A stretch of 37,484 nt of DNA. Source: a virus. Lineage: Duplodnaviria; Caudoviricetes. The translations under genes and the position numbers were made by a program. This document shows positions 32,144 through 37,484 of this stretch, in pieces. The stretch is taken from positions 1 to 37,484 of IMG/VR virus record IMGVR_UViG_3300044840_000113, one strand, 5' to 3'. The notes beneath the pieces were generated by a model, which made no database searches, had not been told where the DNA came from, and was given only the letters and a program-made list of their open reading frames with translations. Position 1 is the first letter of the stretch. Each line of letters begins with the position of its first letter.

Positions 32144-33451
32144 TTATGCGGCCAAGGCCCAGTCGAGCTGGGAGCGCCAGGCGAACTCGGTGGTCTTGAG
32201 CACGTACCGGCCGGCGTCCAGCGAGTGGTCGTCGGCCTTGATCGGCTTGTCCTCGCCTGCCGCGGCTGCCTTGTCGTCCCAGGCGTAGCCGCCGACCTCT
32301 TCGATCCAGCCGGTGCAGGATCCGCGAACGAGCAGCAGGTCGTTGGCCAGGAGGCTGGACACGAGCCGGATGCCGTCGATGACGCTGTTGTCGGCCAGGG
32401 TCGGCGTGAGGCCGTCGTGGTAAAGCTGGTTGACGAACGACGCGGCCGACGGGTCGACGACGGTCCACTCTGGCCGCACGCCGCGTTGGCCGGGTCCGGT
32501 AGCGAAGTCGCTGAGCCAGTCGCGGAGTCGCCGGCTGTACTCGAGGTCGGTGAGCTGGCGGCGTTGGGCGCGGCTGTCGTAGCGGTACTCGCCGGCCAGG
32601 TACAGGCGGGTGCGTTCGACCGGGTCGTTCGGTGCGGGACCTTGGCCGACGCCCAGGAGCAGGCCTGCGAACGGGTTGACGGTGCCGTAGTCCACGCCCA
32701 GCCCGACCCAGCGGTGGATCGGGGGCAGGATGTCGACCACGTGCCGGTCGGGATCCCACATGTCGTAGACGGCGCCCTCGGCCTGCACCCACTGGCCCAG
32801 GACGAAGCGGCGGTACCACAGCCCGGTGTAGGTCGTTTTCAGCCATGCGACGTAGCTGGGGTCGAGGTGCGGGTTGTCGTCGATGGTGAAGTGCCACGTC
32901 GCCAGCTCGGTCTGCTTGGCGCGGAGCAGGTACTCCTTGCGCAACCAATGCCCCGGGTTGTCGGGGTTCGTCGTGCCGAAGATCTTGGCGCCGGGGACTG
33001 AGCATCGAGCGACGAGCATGTCGAAGAACGAGCGCGGCAGGACGGTGATCTCGTCGACGTAGGCGCCGCAGACGGTCATGCCGCGGATCTTCGATTCGGC
33101 TTTGGCGTCGTTGGCGCCGATGACGTGCACGGTGCGGCCGAAGATGATGGCTTCTGACGCGCCGGGGTTGTAGTGGACCTGCTTGGCGAACATGCCGAAC
33201 AGGTTGGGGTTCATGAGGGGCGCGAACAGGTTGCGGTTGATCGTCTCGCGGGTCTTGCCGATGATGACCAGCTCGCCGTCGGGCGGCGGGTTGGCCACGA
33301 AGATCAGGAAGCGGAGCAGCGAGGCGATGGTCTTGCCGGACCGGATTGATCCTTCCCAGATGTTGATCCGCTGCTGGGACTCGACGACGGAACGGATCTG
33401 TGCCGGGCTGAGGATCTTCTTGACTACGTCGAGGTCAATCCGCGCTGTCAT
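32144..33451 (-). CDS. terL: Terminase large subunit (PBSX-like)
   Basis: Walker A GSIRSGKT, Walker B AYVDE, TTNPD, nuclease GVDYG and DDHSLDAGRY motifs. Confidence 0.96.
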   Translation of the reverse strand: MTARIDLDVVKKILSPAQIRSVVESQQRINIWEGSIRSGKTIASLLRFLIFVANPPPDGELVIIGKTRETINRNLFAPLMNPNLFGMFAKQVHYNPGASEAIIFGRTVHVIGANDAKAESKIRGMTVCGAYVDEITVLPRSFFDMLVARCSVPGAKIFGTTNPDNPGHWLRKEYLLRAKQTELATWHFTIDDNPHLDPSYVAWLKTTYTGLWYRRFVLGQWVQAEGAVYDMWDPDRHVVDILPPIHRWVGLGVDYGTVNPFAGLLLGVGQGPAPNDPVERTRLYLAGEYRYDSRAQRRQLTDLEYSRRLRDWLSDFATGPGQRGVRPEWTVVDPSAASFVNQLYHDGLTPTLADNSVIDGIRLVSSLLANDLLLVRGSCTGWIEEVGGYAWDDKAAAAGEDKPIKADDHSLDAGRYVLKTTEFAWRSQLDWALAA

Positions 33452-33953
33452 CAGGTGCGCCCTGCATCTGCTCGTAGGCGACCTGAAGGCCGGCGGCCAG
33501 TGCGCCGATCATGCTGCGGGCCTCCTCGACGCCCGGGTCGCCGTCATGCAGGTCCAGCCGCAGACTCGCGTTCACAGCGACGGAGACGGCCTGGACGATG
33601 TCGCGCTGGTCCCGGAACGGTGGCCGGTCGAGCCTGGCCTGGGCGAAGGTGTTGTCCTTCCCACCGAAGGCGTGGACCTTGCACGGGGCGAACAACTGCT
33701 GGCGGAGCTTCTCGGCGTCGTTGAGCAGGTCGAGCATCAGCCGGGAGCGGCGCGCCTTGGCGTCGGCGACCTTGGCAGCGGTGGCGGCCTGGGTAGCGGC
33801 TCGATCGAACGACAGGCCGAGTTCGCGGGCGATCTTGGTGATGATGCCGGCCGAGCGGTCCAGTTCGAGGGCGATCTCGTTGCGACCCCGGCCAGCGGCG
33901 TGGAGCTGGCGGACCTGGTCGCGTTCGGTGTCGGTGATGGGGCGGGCGGCCAT
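33435..33953 (-). CDS. terS: Terminase small subunit (N-terminal HTH)
   Basis: GGAGG RBS before ATG 33953; LHAAG.GRNEIA.EL HTH; directly upstream of and overlapping terL. Confidence 0.8.
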   Translation of the reverse strand: MAARPITDTERDQVRQLHAAGRGRNEIALELDRSAGIITKIARELGLSFDRAATQAATAAKVADAKARRSRLMLDLLNDAEKLRQQLFAPCKVHAFGGKDNTFAQARLDRPPFRDQRDIVQAVSVAVNASLRLDLHDGDPGVEEARSMIGALAAGLQVAYEQMQGAPDDSAD

Positions 33954-34063
33954 AGCCACCTCCCCGGCGGGGACAGCGCGCGACCGCTGCTGTGACCGGT
34001 CACGCCGGGTGGTCGCCATTCGGTCGGCTTGGTCAGCACCGCGGCGTAGATCCCGCAGACGAC

Positions 34064-34101
34064 GAACGCCCCCGCTCACCAATGCTGAGCTGGGGCGTTT
34101 C
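34064..34101 (-). terminator. Leader hairpin/terminator upstream of terS
   Basis: AACGCCCC.GCTCA / TGAGC.GGGGCGTT stem, followed on the minus strand by TTCGTCGTCT. Confidence 0.55.
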
Positions 34102-34106
34102 GCGCG

Positions 34107-34190
34107 GAGGTCTGGACAGACCTCACCTGAGCGACGTCAGTATGCGGATGATCACCGAGGTTTGTCCAGTCACGCCGGACTGGGCGTGTC
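34107..34190 (-). promoter_or_regulatory. Putative late promoter with palindromes
   Basis: Minus strand TGGACA (34168-34163), 18-bp spacer, CATACT (34144-34139). Upstream ACACGCC and overlapping inverted repeats; downstream palindrome GAGGTCTG-GA-CAGACCTC (34107-34124). Confidence 0.6.
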
Positions 34191-34281
34191 GACCGACGTC
34201 ATTTGGCTCCGCCACACCTTCAGGTGAACCCCGTGGCGAGACTCTGGTGACCATGAGGGCGGTTCGCGGAGTATCCGGCTC

Positions 34282-34539
34282 ATGACTCCCGAGATGCGGG
34301 TGCTGCGGTCAAGGCTCGCCTCCCACACCCGCTGGGCCAAGTGCGAGGACCGCACTGCGGCCACCCAACCCGCGCGGGACGCCTTCCGGAACCGCTGGCT
34401 CGACCAGGTCGACCCCGACCGTGTCCTGCCCGCAGCCGAGCGGGCCAAGCGCGCGGACAACGCCATGAAGGCGCACATGACCCGCATGGCCCTCAACTCG
34501 GCCAAGGCCCGCGCCCGGCGGAAGCATCGGCCGGCATGA
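34282..34539 (+). CDS. Conserved basic protein of actinobacterial integrative elements
   Basis: R.RLASH.RWA..EDRTAAT.PAR.AF...VDPD..L...ERA.RA pattern. Confidence 0.8.
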   Translation: MTPEMRVLRSRLASHTRWAKCEDRTAATQPARDAFRNRWLDQVDPDRVLPAAERAKRADNAMKAHMTRMALNSAKARARRKHRPA

Positions 34540-34823
34540 TCATGGCGGCTCATAGTGAGGCGCGCCAACCGGCATCGGAGCGGACCAAAGCCGTCGACCT
34601 GGCCATGGCCAGTGCAGTAGATGCCGCCGCTCCGTCGCTCCGTCGGCGTGCCTGGTCACCGGCCGAGGTCGCTGGCCAGCTCGGCATCAAGTACAAGTCC
34701 GCGCTGGGTCTGATCCGTTCCGGCGAACTGGGTGCCCTGAAGGTCGGCCAGCACTACATCGTCCCGGATGTCGCGCTGGAGCGCTACCTACGCTCCGCGC
34801 TGCCTGACCAGGTGGCGTCGTGA
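34536..34823 (+). CDS. Excisionase-like HTH_17 DNA-binding protein
   Basis: WSPAEVA.QLGI......LIRSGELGALKVG.HYIVP...LERYL; ATGA overlap. Confidence 0.85.
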   Translation: MIMAAHSEARQPASERTKAVDLAMASAVDAAAPSLRRRAWSPAEVAGQLGIKYKSALGLIRSGELGALKVGQHYIVPDVALERYLRSALPDQVAS

Positions 34824-34996
34824 CCCTGACCCCAGAGCAACGATCCATCCGCAACGCACTCCACGAGTTCGACCGCACGCGCGGCAAGAGCGGCCTGCGC
34901 GGATCGCAGCGCGCCGCGAACTGCACCTGGCGCATCCACGTCGATGACTTGGACGCGTGGGTGCGCGGCGAGAAGCCGGCCCGGCGGGCGTCGTGA
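34820..34996 (+). CDS. 58-aa truncated paralogue of the next gene (wing part of a xis-like domain); absent from the ORF track
   Basis: VTLTPEQRSIRNALHEFDRTRGKSGLRGSQRAANCTWRIHVDDLDAWVRGEKPARRAS; GTGA overlaps at both ends. Confidence 0.72.
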   Translation: MTLTPEQRSIRNALHEFDRTRGKSGLRGSQRAANCTWRIHVDDLDAWVRGEKPARRAS

Positions 34997-35436
34997 CCGT
35001 CGAGGAGTCCCTGGCGCCCAGCGACGAGACGATCGCGTTCCTGCGGCGCCTGTTCGGGCTCGACAAGCACCCATTCAACTTGGACCTGCGCGACCTGGAG
35101 CGAGGACTCCATAGCAACCCAATTCCAGAGCGTGCCGAAGGCATACCCACCTCTGAGTCGAAGGCCGAGCAGTCGCACACGGAAGGCATATCGGCGCCAC
35201 CACCGGTGCAGCCGGCCACGCCGTGGATGACCGTGCAGCAGGTAGCCACTTATTCCGGTCACCACCCGGACTTCATCTACGACGTCCTGCACGAGTTTGA
35301 AGCCACCCGAGGGCGTAGTGGCCTTCGGGGCTTCCAGCGGACCGTCAAGGCCAAGTGGTGTATCCACCGTGACGACGTGGACGCTTGGATCCGCGGTGAG
35401 CGGCCTCCACGATGTCGCCCGACGGCTGGATCGTGA
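34993..35436 (+). CDS. Protein with C-terminal excisionase-like HTH
   Basis: PWMTVQQVATYSG.HP..IY..L...W.IHRDDVDAWI motif; GTG 34993 overlaps the previous stop. Confidence 0.8.
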   Translation: MTVEESLAPSDETIAFLRRLFGLDKHPFNLDLRDLERGLHSNPIPERAEGIPTSESKAEQSHTEGISAPPPVQPATPWMTVQQVATYSGHHPDFIYDVLHEFEATRGRSGLRGFQRTVKAKWCIHRDDVDAWIRGERPPRCRPTAGS

Positions 35437-35603
35437 CCCCCGAGGAGCGCGAGGCCCGACGGGTCCGGATCCGCCAGATGATCTCGACCTGGCCTGAGGC
35501 CACACCCGAGCAGATCAAGGCGATCAACGCCGTCCTGTGGGTCAACCACCCGAACAACCGGGCGACGTGGCCGGTTCGGGGCCAGCCGGGGCGTAGGTCC
35601 TGA
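35433..35603 (+). CDS. Small hypothetical protein
   Basis: GTGA overlap; WPEATPEQI..I.AVL is typical of small actinomycete mobile-element proteins. Confidence 0.6.
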   Translation: MTPEEREARRVRIRQMISTWPEATPEQIKAINAVLWVNHPNNRATWPVRGQPGRRS

Positions 35604-35658
35604 GCGACCCCGGCTGCATAGGTCTGTGGTGAGCAGCCCCGCAGCGCCTGTGACGACG

Positions 35659-35749
35659 GGTGTCCTGGTACCGAAGTACCGGGGCACCTCCATGCCTCGA
35701 CCTGCCAAGCCACGACTCGCCTTGTCTCGCTGTGCCGTGCCTTGTCGTC
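35659..35749 (-). ncRNA. Candidate small RNA: eleven 5-nt (GGC-NN-like) units followed by a UUCG hairpin
   Basis: Minus strand GAC-AA GGC-AC GGC-AC AGC-GA GAC-AA GGC-GA GTC-GT GGC-TT GGC-AG GTC-GA GGC-AT, then GGTGCCCCGGTAC-TTCG-GTACCAGGACACC. TATGCT -10 box at 35758-35753. Confidence 0.55.
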
Positions 35750-35759
35750 CTGAGCATAC

Positions 35760-35966
35760 CTAGCCAGCTTCCGGCCGTTCAGGCAACTCCGCACCGTCCT
35801 CGCCGACGTACCAAGCCGTGAGGTCGTTGACGACCTTCGCTCGGTCGGAGCCGGCCTGCTTCGACTTCTTGTCGAGGGCTTCCCATCGCTCATCCGACAT
35901 GCGGATACTCCGGTTCGGATCGCGCCCGGTGGCAGGACGGCCGATCTTGCGCTTCGCCTGGCTCAC
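35760..35966 (-). CDS. Ribbon-helix-helix DNA-binding protein
   Basis: GRPATGRDPNRSIRMSDERWEAL...RAKVVNDLTAWY. TATGCT -10 (35978-35973) 6 nt before GTG 35966 suggests a leaderless start; ATG 35987 is an alternative. Confidence 0.82.
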   Translation of the reverse strand: MSQAKRKIGRPATGRDPNRSIRMSDERWEALDKKSKQAGSDRAKVVNDLTAWYVGEDGAELPERPEAG

Positions 35967-35994
35967 GCGACGAGCATAGCGAAACATACGGCAG

Positions 35995-36051
35995 TACCAA
36001 AAGTCCTAGCTGCTCATGGCCGCCACGTGCTACTTTTGGCCCTACCAAAAG
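35995..36051. promoter_or_regulatory. CCAAAAG operator-like repeats in the divergent promoter region
   Basis: TACCAAAAG at 35995-36003 and 36043-36051; inverted CTTTTGG at 36033-36039 overlapping a TACTTT -10-like box. Confidence 0.6.
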
Positions 36052-36054
36052 GAC

Positions 36055-36091
36055 GGCCCCCGGTGGTGTTGCGAGCACCGGTCCGGGGGCC
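36055..36091 (+). other. Leader stem-loop
   Basis: GGCCCCCGG / CCGGGGGCC outer stem with GGTGTT-GCG-AGCACC inner stem, upstream of the 36118 RBS. Confidence 0.5.
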
Positions 36092-36117
36092 TTGATCAGA
36101 CGCGAGAGGTCTGACCC

Positions 36118-36456
36118 ATGAGAAAGACTCCCAACACCCCAAAGTGGTTGCTCCAGCGGGGCGCCGTGACCCACCGCGCCATCGCTGCCGTCGCTGTGCT
36201 GGCCGGCTGGATCGCCGCAGTGGCCGCCGCTGCTGCCCTAGACCTGGACGTGATCGCCGTGCTGGTCGCTGCCGGCGCCGTGCTGGTCTCCATCGCGACC
36301 ACCAACGCCCTGCTAGAGATCCGCAGCCGCGAGTGCGAGAGACACGTCGAGGCCCGCTTCGCGCAGATGAAGGCGGAGGACGCTGCCCTGGCCGCCGTGA
36401 TCGACCCGACCCTGACCGACGTGGCCCGCTCGACCTGCCTGCGGGACAACCGGTGA
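36118..36456 (+). CDS. Membrane protein (2 TM)
   Basis: GAGAGG RBS; two Ala/Val-rich helices. Confidence 0.75.
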   Translation: MRKTPNTPKWLLQRGAVTHRAIAAVAVLAGWIAAVAAAAALDLDVIAVLVAAGAVLVSIATTNALLEIRSRECERHVEARFAQMKAEDAALAAVIDPTLTDVARSTCLRDNR

Positions 36457-37484
36457 GCGCCGACCGCCCGTTCGCCGACCTGACCCTGACCCCTGCGCAG
36501 GCCGATGGCTTGGCGTGCGTGGTCTGCGGCGCCGACTACCTGACCGCTAAGGTCGCCCACCGGCCGGTTGGCCGGTCGCACACCGGTTCGCAGGTGTTCG
36601 CCTGCACCGAGACCTGCCTCGACGCATTCGAAGGTTTGCCGACTGCTGCCGCTGGGGACGCCTCGACGATGACGACGATCATGGAACGGAGTCGTTCGGA
36701 CGACCACACCGATCAGGTTCTCAGCCAGATGGCGATAGAGGCAACTCAAGATCGTCCCTACTGGCAGACCGAACCGTGCCCGCCGTGGTGTTGGCGCGAA
36801 CACAAGGACAGCGATCCACCGCCGGACCGCACTCACTTCAGCGAGTGGGATGGCGAGGTGGTCATGAGCCTGGTCGACTGGACCGACGACGTCTTAAACC
36901 CAGGCGGGAGAACCCCGAAATACCTAGGACCGCCGATCTTGCAACTCCATCTCGCGCAGGGCTGGCGCGAATCTGAACCGCACGTGGTCGTCGGGCCGGA
37001 GATTGGGCATCGGCGCTGGAACGTCGCGCTGGCCGAGGCACACCACCTGGCCGAAGTACTGGTCAAGGCCGCTGACCTGGGGGACGGGCGGATCCCAGTC
37101 CCGAGCGGGTCCGCGGTGAGCCGGAAGGCCCGCCGCAGCAAGCCTCCACGCCCGTTCTGGTTGACTGCCCCATGTCCGTCGTGGTGCACCAGCGATCACG
37201 ACTGCGAAGGCAGCGTTGACGACCGCGTCCACTTCGGCGACTGGTACGTCGACGTGCCGCTGACCCTGATCGACGTGCCGTTCGAGGAGCAGGGCGACGA
37301 CATCCATGGGCAACAGCCACAGACAGCGCGGGTGCACATGGAGCAGCACGTCGGGGAGATCGAGGCGCACGTCTGGCTCGGCCGGGGCGGTTCGCGGGAA
37401 GGCTGGAACCTCACCCTGGCCGAGGCGCGACAGGTGGCCGCCGATCTGACTACGGCTATCGCCCTGGCTCGGAGCGACGACTGA
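36453..37484 (+). CDS. Cys4 N-terminal domain + two tandem CPxWC-H (DUF6907-like) domains
   Basis: GTGA overlap; ACVVCG...FAC...C, then PCPPWCWREH..DRTH and PCPSWCTSDH..DRVH repeats, each ending WN..LAEA..A..L. Confidence 0.78.
   Translation: MSADRPFADLTLTPAQADGLACVVCGADYLTAKVAHRPVGRSHTGSQVFACTETCLDAFEGLPTAAAGDASTMTTIMERSRSDDHTDQVLSQMAIEATQDRPYWQTEPCPPWCWREHKDSDPPPDRTHFSEWDGEVVMSLVDWTDDVLNPGGRTPKYLGPPILQLHLAQGWRESEPHVVVGPEIGHRRWNVALAEAHHLAEVLVKAADLGDGRIPVPSGSAVSRKARRSKPPRPFWLTAPCPSWCTSDHDCEGSVDDRVHFGDWYVDVPLTLIDVPFEEQGDDIHGQQPQTARVHMEQHVGEIEAHVWLGRGGSREGWNLTLAEARQVAADLTTAIALARSDD

Larger units (their letters stand above)
1..37484. mobile_element. Prophage or composite prophage plus satellite-like element (siphovirus, actinobacterial host); ends not visible
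   Basis: Integrase, repressor, helicase, terminase, portal, capsid, tail, tape measure and lysin genes are all present. The window starts and ends at stop codons, so att sites are not seen. Confidence 0.93.

Noticed and set aside
31890-33005. N-terminal 372 aa of the 456-aa ORF 31635..33005
   Set aside because: Off-frame shadow of terL and the 79-aa gene; only the last 84 codons have an RBS and a recognisable product.
1-37484. CRISPR array, tRNA, rRNA, reverse transcriptase/DGR or IS transposase
   Set aside because: No repeat-spacer array, cloverleaf, RT motif or transposase motif was seen by eye; tRNAscan and Infernal would be needed to exclude small RNAs.

Overview
High-GC actinobacterial (probably actinomycete) prophage-like region, bounded by gene ends, so no att sites are visible. 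It has four parts. (1) 1-7320: an integration/replication module with a tyrosine integrase, XRE repressor, divergent excisionase-like HTH, a phiRv1/P4-type D5-SF3 helicase followed by an iteron-bearing 22-bp inverted repeat (candidate ori), a stand-alone DnaG zinc-binding domain and a Zn-ribbon protein. (2) 7420-12641: cargo, consisting of a HipA-like kinase plus DUF3037-like partner, an XRE-DUF5753/DUF6879/small-protein cassette and a divergent operon that includes membrane proteins. (3) 12881-33953, minus strand: a complete siphovirus lysis, tail, head and packaging operon that converges on the early operon instead of following it. (4) 34282-37484: a cluster of small excisionase-like HTH genes, an RHH gene and a duplicated CPxWC-domain gene. 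The most notable items are an Acb2-family cyclic-nucleotide sponge hidden inside a longer ORF-track entry, within an accessory cluster between terminase and portal; an antisense HTH gene whose twin palindromic operators abut the portal RBS; and an unannotated ~90-nt minus-strand unit (-10 box, eleven GGC-NN-like pentamers, UUCG hairpin) resembling a VIPR-type guide RNA, with no cognate protein in the window. All family assignments come from motif recognition and memory, not from database searches.
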